Source: an uncultured Actinomycetes bacterium
GTDB taxonomy: Bacteria > Actinomycetota > Actinomycetes > S36-B12 > UBA10799
Assembly (NCBI GenBank): GCA_964627505.1
Contig: CAZVKB010000004.1
Span: 3,295 to 67,294, forward strand
Length of the DNA stretch: 64,000 nt
Direction of reading: 5' to 3'
Position numbers and translations under genes: made by a program. Positions 9,065 through 19,072 of the stretch are shown here, in pieces. Below the pieces are notes generated by a model that ran no database searches, was not told the origin of the DNA, and worked only from the letters and a program-made list of their open reading frames with translations. Each line of letters begins with the position of its first letter. The stretch's first letter is position 1.

Positions 9065-10447
9065 GTGGTCTCGCCGGGAGTGCGGATTGCCTGGGATCTG
9101 CTGCGCGCGCGGCGGGCCGGTCCCGACGGCATCGCGGATCGCCAGCGTGCGCGCCTGCAGCAACTCGTCGCGCATGCACGAGCCACCTCGCCTTTCTACC
9201 GCGAGCACCTGCGCGCACTGCACGCAACCGACTGGGGACTCGCCGACATCCCCCCAGTCAACAAATCTGAACTGATGGCCGACTTCGACAACTGGGTAAC
9301 GGATCCTCGATTCGCCCGGGAGCGAGTGATGTCCTTCCTCAGCAGCAGCGCGGCGGTGGGCACGCCACTTGACGGGGCATTGATAGCGACGAGTTCCGGG
9401 GTGACCGGCCAACCCGGCATCTTTGTCCACGACGAGTTCGCCGTGGCTGTGTGTCAAGCCATGATCGTGGTGCGCGGCTACCTGGCGTGGCTGCGCTGGC
9501 CGCAAATCTCCGGATTCCTGCGCCACGGCGTCCGGGAAGCCGCCATCGTCGGAACCGGCGGCCACTTCGCCGGGGTGAGTTGGTTGGAACGAGCCCGGCA
9601 GCGGGCACCGTGGGTATCGAGAGTGATCAGTGTGCATTCAGCCCAATCCCCCATCGCGGCATTGGTGCGGGAACTCACGACCGTCGATCCGACCGCGTTG
9701 GTGGGCTACACCAGCGTGTTGCGGCTGCTGGCCGACGAGCAGATCGCCGGTCGGCTTGCGATTCACCCTTTGATCGCAGCAACATCTGGCGAAACCGCCA
9801 CAGATGGCGATCGGGCGCTGCTGGCCCGCGCTTTTGACTGTCCCATCAAGGAAACGTACGCCTGCTCCGAGGCGCTTTTCTTCGGATTTGGATGCGACCA
9901 GCGCTGGTTGCACGTCAGCGCGGACTGGGTGATCGTGGAGCCCGTGCAAGCTGACGGCAGCCCCACACCGCCGGGCGTGTTCTCGGATTCCGTGTTGCTG
10001 ACCAACCTGGCCAACCGGACCGCGCCGCTGCTGCGCTACCAGTTGGGGGATTCGGTGATGCGCCGCGCCGACCGATGCCCCTGCGGCAATCCGCTGCCGG
10101 CGTTTCGAGTGGCCGGCCGCAGGGACGACACGCTGGTGATGCACGATGCGACCGGGCAACCCGTGGCGATCTCCCCCGTGGCCTTCGGGCTACTGGCAGA
10201 GGCAGTGCCAGGGGTGCGCAACTGGCAAATCGTGCAGGTGGATCGCACGACCCTCACAGTGCGCGTCAGTGCAGATAAGACAGCAGCACCGACCGAATCA
10301 CAGGAGGCGATCGCGGAGGCATTCCGGGAACATCTGATGTCCGTTCTTCGTGCTCATGGAGTTGGCAACGTGACACTTGTGATCCAAGAAGCTCAGCTGC
10401 GGCCAGACGCGAAGAACGGCAAGTTCCGCCACGTCTACGCACTGTGA
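9065..10447 (+). CDS. Phenylacetate-CoA ligase / coenzyme F390 synthetase-like adenylate-forming enzyme
   Basis: N-terminal RQRARLQQLVAHARATSPFYREHL and an AMP-binding-type TSGVTGQPG motif. The size is typical of this family. Confidence 0.7.
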   Translation: MVSPGVRIAWDLLRARRAGPDGIADRQRARLQQLVAHARATSPFYREHLRALHATDWGLADIPPVNKSELMADFDNWVTDPRFARERVMSFLSSSAAVGTPLDGALIATSSGVTGQPGIFVHDEFAVAVCQAMIVVRGYLAWLRWPQISGFLRHGVREAAIVGTGGHFAGVSWLERARQRAPWVSRVISVHSAQSPIAALVRELTTVDPTALVGYTSVLRLLADEQIAGRLAIHPLIAATSGETATDGDRALLARAFDCPIKETYACSEALFFGFGCDQRWLHVSADWVIVEPVQADGSPTPPGVFSDSVLLTNLANRTAPLLRYQLGDSVMRRADRCPCGNPLPAFRVAGRRDDTLVMHDATGQPVAISPVAFGLLAEAVPGVRNWQIVQVDRTTLTVRVSADKTAAPTESQEAIAEAFREHLMSVLRAHGVGNVTLVIQEAQLRPDAKNGKFRHVYAL

Positions 10448-10498
10448 CTGCTCTTGGTCGCACGGGTGCGCTGGCGAGCAGTGGCAGTCAGCAGGCTC

Positions 10499-11329
10499 CT
10501 AGTTGGGCACCGGCGCGCAGTACTGTTCGGGACTTTGATCGGCGATGATGTCCACTGTGGTGCCCTGGCGGACAACGAACTCGCTGGCACCAATCTTGTT
10601 GGCGGGATCGCCCCAGTCGTACGTGTATCCCATGCGGGTCCATGGGTACGGGTTGGCAGGGTCGTAGGCCAAGGCTTTCTGCAAGCGGAACCAGTCGGCG
10701 TGGTTGGGGTATGCCGGGTCCTCAGGTTGCACAGTGCCGTCGTCGTACACGGCAGTGGTGTCAGCAATTTGGGGATCGGGCGTCGGCCGGAACATGCCAG
10801 ACAGCGGGACCATCATGGTCACCATAGTCACCGGTTTGGCGTGCGGCGGCATGCCCAGGTATTGCAGGGAGCGCAGTGCCGGATCGGTGCCACCCGCCGC
10901 GACATAGGAACGGCAGAAATCCTGCAACTCCGGCACCGGAGTCAGCCAAACTTCGCGACTGAGAGTCATGGGCTGGCCGACACTGTCCGCATAACCAGTC
11001 CAGTCCGTCAACGTGACCATTTCGGCTGCCGTGTTGTCGGCGTTGAACACAACGTTCGAGGCCCCTGGGGTGAGGGCCACCAACGAGGGCGCCAACTGGT
11101 CGGGCCCGGCAGTTTCGGCATCTGCCACCGCAGCTAGGTACGCCGCGGGCAACTGGGTAGCGGTGGGGCTGGCTGCGGCAGAGGCCGAAGTGGAACTCGC
11201 TGTTGCGGTCGGGTCGGTGCTGGTGTCCGTGCCACTACATCCGGTGACAGTCAGACCGAGCGTGAGGACGAACCCGGCAGCCACACTTGGTTGAACCATT
11301 CGCATAGTGATCACGTTACGCCTGGCCAC
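10499..11329 (-). CDS. Hypothetical lipoprotein
   Basis: Signal peptide with lipobox LTVTGC, followed by a Ser/Thr/Ala linker. I recognise no catalytic motif. Confidence 0.6.
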   Translation of the reverse strand: MARRNVITMRMVQPSVAAGFVLTLGLTVTGCSGTDTSTDPTATASSTSASAAASPTATQLPAAYLAAVADAETAGPDQLAPSLVALTPGASNVVFNADNTAAEMVTLTDWTGYADSVGQPMTLSREVWLTPVPELQDFCRSYVAAGGTDPALRSLQYLGMPPHAKPVTMVTMMVPLSGMFRPTPDPQIADTTAVYDDGTVQPEDPAYPNHADWFRLQKALAYDPANPYPWTRMGYTYDWGDPANKIGASEFVVRQGTTVDIIADQSPEQYCAPVPN

Positions 11330-11387
11330 TGTGCGTGTTCGAAAGGGTCGCAGCGCTCAATACCCCCCACGGCGACCGCAGCAGATA

Positions 11388-11834
11388 TCAGCCCAGCACG
11401 CCGATCTGATACTCAGCCAAGGTTTCGTTCGGCTCGCTCTGACTGCCGTGCTGACCGCTGAACGCTGAGGTTCCGTCGATGCCACACAGCCGATAGATGT
11501 TTTGGTCTCCGCCCGGGTGTTTGGTCGCCCAGGAGGTGACGTCATAGACCTTGCCATTGATGGCAGTCCAACAATCCGACTGCTTGTTGTGGGTGGCGAC
11601 CTCAGCCAGGGTGTACACGCCGGTCGATCCAGACGGCGAAGCAGACGGGCTCGTACTTGCGGTCGCCGAGCCCGACGCCGCGGTGGGGCTCGCAGAAGCG
11701 GGACTTGCGGCGGCGCTCGTCGCGGGTGCGCTGCTCGTAGTGGTGTTGGTGGCCGAACTGCTGCATGCGGTTAGAGCCAACCCTGAGACGATGATGCCCA
11801 GAATCAAAGTGGACGAACTGCGCGCGCGCTTCAT
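11388..11834 (-). CDS. Lipoprotein with a C-terminal cytochrome b5-like heme/steroid-binding domain
   Basis: Signal and lipobox LALTAC, a long Ser/Ala/Thr linker, then the b5-like core HNKQSDCWTAINGKVYDVTSWATKHPGG. The start was trimmed to the ATG at 11834. Confidence 0.7.
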   Translation of the reverse strand: MKRARSSSTLILGIIVSGLALTACSSSATNTTTSSAPATSAAASPASASPTAASGSATASTSPSASPSGSTGVYTLAEVATHNKQSDCWTAINGKVYDVTSWATKHPGGDQNIYRLCGIDGTSAFSGQHGSQSEPNETLAEYQIGVLG

Positions 11835-11919
11835 ACCGGTGCTCCTTAGGTGCGATGACGGTGCCGTGTCACAAACCCTGCCACATGAATACTCAGGCCG
11901 CTGCAGGCGCACCCAGCGC

Positions 11920-12891
11920 TCAGCGGTGGAAGTGCTGCCAGCCGCGATTGCCTTTGCGCTGACCGCCATCCACCACCACATCTACGGGGCCCTCCACCAC
12001 CGCACCGATCTTGACGAAACTGCCCGGCAGCGTGGCTCCCTTCGGGAAGGTCGCGACGAGGGCGTGGTCGTCGCCACCTGTGAGTACCCACGAGAGCGGA
12101 TCGACGCTGAATGCGATGGCCGTGTCACGTAAAACCGGGTCCACCGGTAACGCGGCGGCTTCGATATCTATCCGCACGCCAGATGCATCGGAGATGTGAC
12201 CCAGGTCGGCCAACAGCCCGTCACTCACGTCGATCATGGCCGTGGCACCTGCCGCTGCCGCAGCTGGACCAGCGGAGTACGGCACGTCTGGCCGACGCAC
12301 GGCATCCACGAGCAGTCGCGGCGACCGGAATCCGCGGCTGAGCACGGCCAATCCAGCCGCGGCCCAACCCTGGCGGCCGGCGATGGCGACTTGGTCCCCG
12401 ACAGCTGCACCACCACGTCGTACCGGCGGTACCTCCCCGAGGTCACCGATGGCAGTCACCGACAACACAATCGGTCCGTCGGTGGCATTGGTGTCGCCAC
12501 CTGCAATGACCGCTCCGATGGACTCTGCTTCAGCCTGAATGCCGTCGATCAAGTCCGCTACCCATCCAGCTTCCGTGGTGTCGGGCAACCCCAGCGCCAC
12601 CAGCAACGCCCGTGGTCGGGCCCCCATCGCCGCGATATCCGCCAGGTTGGCCGCCGCTGCTCGATGACCTACGTCCTCGGCAGTCGACCAATTGGTGCGA
12701 AAGTGCCGCCCCTCCACCAGCATGTCGGTGCACACCACTGTGGAGCCGGCAGGTGTCATCGTGACCACGGCAGCATCGTCCCCTACACCCACGGTGACGT
12801 ATTCCGAGGTGGGAAGTCCCTCGGTGATGACGTCAATGAGCGCAAATTCGTCCAGCTGCGACACCTGGTGGTGACGAGTGCTTCTGTCCAC
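11920..12891 (-). CDS. thiL: Thiamine-monophosphate kinase
   Basis: AIR-synthase-like fold motifs: EFALID, GVGDDAAV, TDMLVEGRHF, GGDTN. Confidence 0.9.
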   Translation of the reverse strand: MDRSTRHHQVSQLDEFALIDVITEGLPTSEYVTVGVGDDAAVVTMTPAGSTVVCTDMLVEGRHFRTNWSTAEDVGHRAAAANLADIAAMGARPRALLVALGLPDTTEAGWVADLIDGIQAEAESIGAVIAGGDTNATDGPIVLSVTAIGDLGEVPPVRRGGAAVGDQVAIAGRQGWAAAGLAVLSRGFRSPRLLVDAVRRPDVPYSAGPAAAAAGATAMIDVSDGLLADLGHISDASGVRIDIEAAALPVDPVLRDTAIAFSVDPLSWVLTGGDDHALVATFPKGATLPGSFVKIGAVVEGPVDVVVDGGQRKGNRGWQHFHR

Positions 12892-12958
12892 GTGTGAACC
12901 CCTTCGGTGTTTCGCGATAGTGTCGTACTCCTTGACAGCATAGATAGGAGTTCGCCAA

Positions 12959-13201
12959 ATGAGTGGCGTTCACGCATACGTTCTTGTGCAGACTGAAATT
13001 GGGCGTTCCGCCGCCGTGGCCCACGCTATCAACGGATTGCCGGGGGTGACGGCCGCAGAGGAAGTCACCGGACCTTACGACGTGATCGCTCGAGTGAGCG
13101 CCGAATCACTGGATCTGCTGGGCCGCGAAGTTGTCACCCCCATCCAACATGTCCCGGGAATCACTCGGACGCTCACCTGCAACGTGGTCACGCTCGGCTG
13201 A
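12959..13201 (+). CDS. Stand-alone Lrp/AsnC ligand-binding (RAM) domain protein
   Basis: An 80-aa protein with the AsnC_trans_reg pattern (AYVLVQTE...VTGPYDVIARV). AGGAG lies 8 nt upstream of the ATG. Confidence 0.7.
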   Translation: MSGVHAYVLVQTEIGRSAAVAHAINGLPGVTAAEEVTGPYDVIARVSAESLDLLGREVVTPIQHVPGITRTLTCNVVTLG

Positions 13202-13223
13202 TCCGCGGGCAGTCGATGCTCTC

Positions 13224-13697
13224 ATGATGGATCCTGCCCAGCGACTCCGGTTTCCGCGATTGTCCATGACTGTCAGTGGTTTTGGCGTGCTGGCAACGGT
13301 CGTGCTGCTCGCCGGGTGCGGGGCTCCAGTTGCGGTGACTCCGCCTGAACCGGCGTTTGCGGCCTGCGACGATTTGGCGCAGGAACTTCCCAAACGAGTG
13401 GAGGGGCAAGATCGGCGCACAACGACCCCCACATCATCGGCTACTGCCGCGTGGGGAGACCCGCCCATGGTGCTGCGCTGCGGTGTTGGTACGCCGGTCG
13501 CATACACGCCCACCGCGTCATTGGTCGAGGTCGGCGGCGTGTCGTGGTTTGCCGAACCGCTGTCTGCCGGGGTGCGGTTCACCACTATTGGCCGGGTGGT
13601 CAACGTCGAATTCACGGTGCCGGATGCCTATAGCCCGGAGGCTTACCCTCTGATCGACCTGACGGGGGCCATCACTAAAACCGTCCCGACGGTCTGA
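13224..13697 (+). CDS. DUF3515-like membrane-anchored or secreted protein
   Basis: Signal and lipobox-like LLAGCG, and the conserved AAWGDPPMVLRCGV segment. The position between thiL and ddl matches actinobacterial synteny. Confidence 0.65.
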   Translation: MMDPAQRLRFPRLSMTVSGFGVLATVVLLAGCGAPVAVTPPEPAFAACDDLAQELPKRVEGQDRRTTTPTSSATAAWGDPPMVLRCGVGTPVAYTPTASLVEVGGVSWFAEPLSAGVRFTTIGRVVNVEFTVPDAYSPEAYPLIDLTGAITKTVPTV

Positions 13698-13718
13698 CGT
13701 CTTATCACGCAGCTTTGC

Positions 13719-14825
13719 TCAGCGGCCCGAGACTTCTGGCTCGGCACCGCGTCGCAGTGCGTCCTCGCACAGGGCATCGATGAGATCCGGGTAGCTGACG
13801 CCAGAAGCTTGCCACACAGCTGGGTACATCGAGGTGGAGGTGAATCCGGGGATGGTGTTGGGTTCGTTGAGCAGAACCTCACCGTTGGCGGTGAGGAAGG
13901 TATCCACACGAGCCATGCCTTCGCACCCCAACGCCGAATACGCACGCAGGGCAAGTCGCTGAATTCGCGCACGCTCGTCCGGGGTCAGCGCGGCTGGCAG
14001 GCTGATGTCAGTGGATCCATCGAGGTACTTGGCGGTGAAGTCGTAAAAACTGTGACCGCCGAGGACGGTGATTTCTGCGCATTCGCTGACGATCGGCCCG
14101 TCGGGGGTGGCTAACACGCCGCATTCGATTTCGCGCGCGTTCTGCACCGCAGCCTCAACGATCACGCGACGGTCATGGCTCCGGGCTGCTTCCACCGCCG
14201 CCGGAATTTCGCCGGAGTCCACGACTCGGCTAATCCCGACGCTGGAGCCGGCACGAGCGGGCTTGACAAACACCGGCAGCCCCAGCGCTGCCACCTGGGC
14301 CAGGATCTGCGCCCGGTCGGAGGTCCAGGCATGATCGGTGATACCTACGTAGGGCCCGATGGGGATCTCAGCGGCCAGCAGCGCTTCCTTGGTGCGAATT
14401 TTGTCCATGCACACCGCAGATGCGGCGACTCCCGAGCCCACACACGGCACGTCGGCAAGTTCGCAGACACCTTGGATGGCCCCGTCTTCACCGCCATATC
14501 CGTGCAGCACCGGGAACACCACATCAACCTTCAGGACCGTGCCATCGGCGAGCACGAGGCCGGCAATCGCAGGATCGGGTGGGAACATGACCCGCGTACC
14601 GCCGCTGGGCACCTCGGGCACCACTGCGTCTCGGATGGTGTAGAGCTCAGGCTGGTCCGGGGCCAGAGTCCAAGCGCCGTCGCGGGTGATGCCGATCGGC
14701 GTGACCTGCCATCGGTCGCGGTCGATCGCGGCCAGTACGTTTCCGGCAGAGACGCACGAGATGCCATGCTCGGAACTGCGTCCGCCGAAAATCACCGCGA
14801 GATGGTGCTTGGATGGGGCCACAGC
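13719..14825 (-). CDS. ddl: D-alanine--D-alanine ligase
   Basis: FGGRSSEHGISCVS N-terminus and ATP-grasp motifs. I used the GTG at 14825; the ORF stays open to 14870. Confidence 0.9.
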   Translation of the reverse strand, partial: AVAPSKHHLAVIFGGRSSEHGISCVSAGNVLAAIDRDRWQVTPIGITRDGAWTLAPDQPELYTIRDAVVPEVPSGGTRVMFPPDPAIAGLVLADGTVLKVDVVFPVLHGYGGEDGAIQGVCELADVPCVGSGVAASAVCMDKIRTKEALLAAEIPIGPYVGITDHAWTSDRAQILAQVAALGLPVFVKPARAGSSVGISRVVDSGEIPAAVEAARSHDRRVIVEAAVQNAREIECGVLATPDGPIVSECAEITVLGGHSFYDFTAKYLDGSTDISLPAALTPDERARIQRLALRAYSALGCEGMARVDTFLTANGEVLLNEPNTIPGFTSTSMYPAVWQASGVSYPDLIDALCEDALRRGAEPEVSGR

Positions 14826-14885
14826 ACGTGACCTTACCCGCTGATCAGCATGGCGCCGTGGCGCCACCACGAGAGGTGTCTTGCG

Positions 14886-16058
14886 ATGTCCACAACGCCC
14901 GAATCAGCTGCGGATGCCGGCTTGGATGGTTCCACCCGAGTGGATCACGCTTGGTCCATGGCAACGCGCACGATTGCCGCTGGTCGGCCGCACCGGCCGG
15001 GAGCACCGTTGAATGTGCCGATCGTGCCTGCCACCTCGTTCACTGCCGGCGGCGATCTCGACTATGCCCGCGACAGCAATCCCACGTGGGTTGCGTTCGA
15101 AAACGTCGTGGGCGACTTGGAGGGGGGACGCGCGGTGGCATTCGGCTCCGGCATGGCAGCGATCGATGCCGCTTTTCGGGTGCTGATGGATCGCGTGGAA
15201 TCCCGCTGCCCGCGCATCGCTCGCCCACACGTGCACTATGCAGGGTCGTCAGGGCTGCTCAATCATTGGTCCAAGACCGGGCGAGTCACGCTGGTTGAGT
15301 ACACCCCAGGGGACGCTACGGATGCTGCAGCAGCTGCGCAGGGCTGCGACGTGCTCTTAGTCGAAACTCCTAGCAACCCCACTATGGACATCACCGACAT
15401 CGCCGCAGTCACCCAGATCGCGCATGAGGCCGGCGCGCTGGTGATGGCCGACAACACCTACGCCACGCCATTCGCGACCCGACCGCTGGCACTGGGTGTG
15501 GATCTTGTGGTGCATTCGGCCAGCAAATATTTCGCTGGACACTCAGATGCACTTCTGGGTGTGGCCGTTGCCGGATCTGCGGACCTGGCCGATGAGTTGG
15601 CCGCCCAACGTGTTCGGGGCGGTGGCGTGCCCGGTGTGCTGGAAGCGTGGCTGGGCACTCGCGGCCTGCGCACGTTCGTGCTGCGCATGCGTGCCGCGAC
15701 CGCCAACGCTGGCGTGCTGGCCGCGCGCCTCTCTGCTCATCCGGACGTGTCGTGGGTGCGTTACCCAGGGCTGCCGAACGACCCTGGCCATGCGGTTGCG
15801 ACCCGGCAAATGGCGCACTTCGGCGCAGTCGTGACATTCGCCCCGGCCGGCGGCGAGCCACGAGCACAGCAACTATGCGAAGCCACGCAACTGTGGTTGC
15901 ACGCCACGAGTCTCGGCGGTGTGGAGTCCACGCTGGAGCGCCGTCGCCGCCACGTCGACGAGAATCCGGCCGTTCCGGCAGATCTCATTCGTTTATCGGT
16001 CGGATGTGAAGATGTTGCGGATTTATGGTCCGATCTGGAGCACGCACTTTCGAGGTGA
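14886..16058 (+). CDS. Cys/Met-metabolism PLP-dependent enzyme (cystathionine gamma-synthase/lyase family)
   Basis: PLP-lysine motif HSASKYFAGHSD and the C-terminal RLSVGCED. Confidence 0.85.
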   Translation: MSTTPESAADAGLDGSTRVDHAWSMATRTIAAGRPHRPGAPLNVPIVPATSFTAGGDLDYARDSNPTWVAFENVVGDLEGGRAVAFGSGMAAIDAAFRVLMDRVESRCPRIARPHVHYAGSSGLLNHWSKTGRVTLVEYTPGDATDAAAAAQGCDVLLVETPSNPTMDITDIAAVTQIAHEAGALVMADNTYATPFATRPLALGVDLVVHSASKYFAGHSDALLGVAVAGSADLADELAAQRVRGGGVPGVLEAWLGTRGLRTFVLRMRAATANAGVLAARLSAHPDVSWVRYPGLPNDPGHAVATRQMAHFGAVVTFAPAGGEPRAQQLCEATQLWLHATSLGGVESTLERRRRHVDENPAVPADLIRLSVGCEDVADLWSDLEHALSR

Positions 16059-16095
16059 CCGGCGTGGGGGACGCCGATTGCGCTAGAACTACATT

Positions 16096-17154
16096 GTGGC
16101 CAAGAGTGCAGATCGGAAATCGCCGCGCATCGACCCTGCCGAGCCGCTCTCTGTCGGTCGGCAAGTCCGACGGGCGCTCATTGCGTTGGCGAGCGTCTTA
16201 GCTTTCGGAATTGCCGGCTACATGATGCTGGGTTTCTCTTCGTTGGACGCGGCATATCAAGCCGTGACCACGATGACCACCGTTGGATTCAAAGAAGTTG
16301 TCGAACCTTTCGGCACGTCGGAGAAGTTGTTCACCATCTTCTTCGTGCTGGTCGGAGTGGGCGTTGTGCTCTACACGCTGACCATGCTCCTGGGACTGTT
16401 CATTGAAGGTTGGCTCGGCCACGAATGGGAAAGGCGCCGAATGCAACGTCAGATTGAATCCCTGTCCGACCACGCGATCATCTGCGGGTGGGGTCGAGTC
16501 GGCCGAGCCACTGCTCATCAACTGCACAAGTCAGGCTTGCCGGTGATGGTGGTGGACAGCGAAGAAGACCGCTTCACGGACTGCCCCTACCCCTATCTCG
16601 TGGGGGACGCCAGCCGGGACGACGTGCTCCGACAAGCAGGTATCGAACGCGCCCGGACTCTCGTCGCCACCCTGAACACCGACGCGCTGAGTCTGTTCGT
16701 CACCCTGTCTGCTCGAGCCCTCAACCCGGACTTGGTGATCATCGCACGCAGCCGCGTCGACGACACCGAGCAGAAGTTGCTGCGGGCAGGCGCTGATCGA
16801 GTGGTGAATCCCCAACGCATCGGCGGCAACCGGATCGCCGGGTTTGCGCTGCAGCCGCATGTGACCGATTTCCTCGATGTCGCCATGCACGACGACGACG
16901 TCGAGTTCCAACTTGAGCAGGTCATGGTGCATCAGGACTCGCTGTTTGATGGCTCCACGATCCGGCAAGCCCGACTACAAGAGGGCGAGGGCGCACTCCT
17001 GCTGGCTTTGCGCAAACTGGCGGGCGGCACGTTCCGCACGAACCCGTCCCCCGATGAAGTTATGCGTCCTGGTGACGTGGTGATTGCCGTGGGCACTCCT
17101 GAGCAGATCAACGAACTTCGTCGACAAGCCGGCAGCTCGAAAGTAGACAACTAA
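16096..17154 (+). CDS. Two-TM ion channel with an RCK (TrkA-N plus TrkA-C) cytoplasmic domain and a non-canonical pore signature
   Basis: GTG start. Layout is M1, pore helix, TTVGFKE, M2, then the Rossmann motif ICGWGRVG and a TrkA-C-like tail. Confidence 0.8.
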   Translation: MAKSADRKSPRIDPAEPLSVGRQVRRALIALASVLAFGIAGYMMLGFSSLDAAYQAVTTMTTVGFKEVVEPFGTSEKLFTIFFVLVGVGVVLYTLTMLLGLFIEGWLGHEWERRRMQRQIESLSDHAIICGWGRVGRATAHQLHKSGLPVMVVDSEEDRFTDCPYPYLVGDASRDDVLRQAGIERARTLVATLNTDALSLFVTLSARALNPDLVIIARSRVDDTEQKLLRAGADRVVNPQRIGGNRIAGFALQPHVTDFLDVAMHDDDVEFQLEQVMVHQDSLFDGSTIRQARLQEGEGALLLALRKLAGGTFRTNPSPDEVMRPGDVVIAVGTPEQINELRRQAGSSKVDN

Positions 17155-17225
17155 CCTCCGCCTTCCCAACTTTCGGACCTGCAGGCGACCTCGATGCTCC
17201 GGAACGATCCACCGCACACCTTGCC

Positions 17226-18887
17226 TTAGCGCAGCAACAGATACCCAACCCCGATGGCTGTGATCGTGGCGGCAATGAATAGCGGCACGCCGAGCCGAAC
17301 GAAAGAGGCATTCGAGTAGCCGCCGGGTTGCATCACCATCAGATTGGACTGGTGGGAAAACGGGTTGATGAACGTGAACGAGATTGCAGTGGCCACCAAT
17401 GCCAGCAGCAGTACCGGTGACAGCGACATCTCCGCCGCAATCCCAATCGCCACTGGAGTGAGGATGGACGCAGCCGCAGCGTTCGTGGTGATGTTCGTGA
17501 GGATTCCCGTGGCCAACACAACCACCACCACCACCAGCGGCAGACTGCCAGCAGACAGGTAGGTGATCGCCCCCGCGATCACATCCGCAAGGCCGCTGCT
17601 CACCACAATCGCACCCAGGCCCACCGACCCGGCCAAGATGAACAGCACATTCCAGTCCAGAGCCCGCGCCGCAGCTCGCGGCGTCAACACCCCCGTCACC
17701 ACCATCAGCAATGCACCGGTGAAGGCGGCAATCTCCACCGGCGCCAGGCCGAACCCGGCGGTGATAATCACTGCCAGCAAGATCGCCAACGCCATCGGCG
17801 TCTTTCCGGGCTGCGGCACCTTTCCCGCAGCGTTCTGCCAGAGCGCCACTTCATTGCTGTCCTGCAGCACGGTTGGATCATCACACGTAAGGAAACAGGT
17901 CTCACCGGGCTTGGCTGGCGTTTCCTTGAGCGGCTTGGTGGTCTGGGCTGCGATCACTGTGAGGTCACCATCTGCGCCCAATTCCCGCATCGTGGCATGA
18001 GTACCGCTGGCGACAGAGGCGGAGTACAACCGTTGCGCCGACAGCCCAAATCGGGGACTCCCCCACAGCGCCCTGACCCCGCGCTCGGTGGCGGCGAACA
18101 CCATCGTGTCCCCAGCTGCGATCGCCACATCCGGCTCTTCCATCTGGCCGCGTCGTCGCACGCCGATCAGTTCGAATTCCTGTGTACTCTCCAAGCCCAG
18201 AACTGCCGGGGTCCGTCCGATGGCATTTGCATGATCTTCCACCCTGATCTCCGCCCGCCAATCCATTTCCGGGGCTTCACCGAGGTCGCCGGCTTTGAAG
18301 AGTCGGGGTGCTGCAATCAACAGCACCACCCAACCCACCAGGCACACTGGCAACGCGATCGGCGCGAAAGAGAACAAGTCCACACTCACACCAGCGGCTC
18401 CGGCGATTCCGGCGATCAGCAAGTTGGAGCTTGTGCCGATCAACGTGATTGAGCCCGCGAGCGTCGTGGCCTGTGCAATAGGTAGGAGCACTTGCCGTGC
18501 CGGAATGCCCCGCGTCTGTTGTAGTTCCTTCACCGCCGGTATCAACATGGCCACAATTGGCGTGGTGTTGATGGTCGCTGACAGCACCCCGACCGGCACG
18601 ATGATCTTGCGCAAAGTCTGCGACGCTGTCGTCACCCCGGAGAGCAACCGCCACGTCACCCGGGAAACCACTCCCGTGTGGATCACACCTTTAGCGATCA
18701 CCAACATGGCAGCTACGGTGATGATGCCGCCGTTGCTCAAGCCGGCGAATAACTCCGCGGAGGTCGCCATGCCGGTGAGACCGGCGACCGCCAGCGCACA
18801 GCCCAAGGCGAGCACCGGCGGCACCCGACCGGAGGCCATCGCCACCAATGTGACAATGACCAGAAGGGCCGCAAAGTAGATCATCAC
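17226..18887 (-). CDS. SLC13/DASS-type permease with central TrkA-C domains
   Basis: Polytopic membrane protein. A soluble insert of about 150 aa resembles a TrkA-C pair. The flanking repeat halves are typical of CitMHS/SLC13 permeases. Confidence 0.8.
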   Translation of the reverse strand: MMIYFAALLVIVTLVAMASGRVPPVLALGCALAVAGLTGMATSAELFAGLSNGGIITVAAMLVIAKGVIHTGVVSRVTWRLLSGVTTASQTLRKIIVPVGVLSATINTTPIVAMLIPAVKELQQTRGIPARQVLLPIAQATTLAGSITLIGTSSNLLIAGIAGAAGVSVDLFSFAPIALPVCLVGWVVLLIAAPRLFKAGDLGEAPEMDWRAEIRVEDHANAIGRTPAVLGLESTQEFELIGVRRRGQMEEPDVAIAAGDTMVFAATERGVRALWGSPRFGLSAQRLYSASVASGTHATMRELGADGDLTVIAAQTTKPLKETPAKPGETCFLTCDDPTVLQDSNEVALWQNAAGKVPQPGKTPMALAILLAVIITAGFGLAPVEIAAFTGALLMVVTGVLTPRAAARALDWNVLFILAGSVGLGAIVVSSGLADVIAGAITYLSAGSLPLVVVVVVLATGILTNITTNAAAASILTPVAIGIAAEMSLSPVLLLALVATAISFTFINPFSHQSNLMVMQPGGYSNASFVRLGVPLFIAATITAIGVGYLLLR

Positions 18888-19072
18888 TCAGGGCTCCCTC
18901 ACGCGACAATAGACCCAATGGATTGGCCGGACGCCCGGAACCTAGCGCCCAGACTCCCGCGAAGGCAACTGCTGGCCACATGTTGTTTACTTGCACGTCA
19001 CCTGATACCAATCTGCCGACCACCAAGCAGCGGGCCCACCCCCGACCTGCGCAGCATCTGGCGGACGAGCCG

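Noticed and set aside
12892-12958. Possible TPP riboswitch near thiL, and a TTGACA at 12932-12937 as a -35 box
   Set aside because: The ctgaga/pyrimidine-sensor helix elements are absent. The TTGACA has no acceptable -10 at the correct spacing, and the AGGAG at 12946-12950 is better explained as the RBS of the Lrp-like gene.
18917-18928. Palindrome ccaat-gg-attgg upstream of the SLC13 permease
   Set aside because: It has only 5-bp arms, and I can verify no second copy or conservation. It could easily arise by chance.
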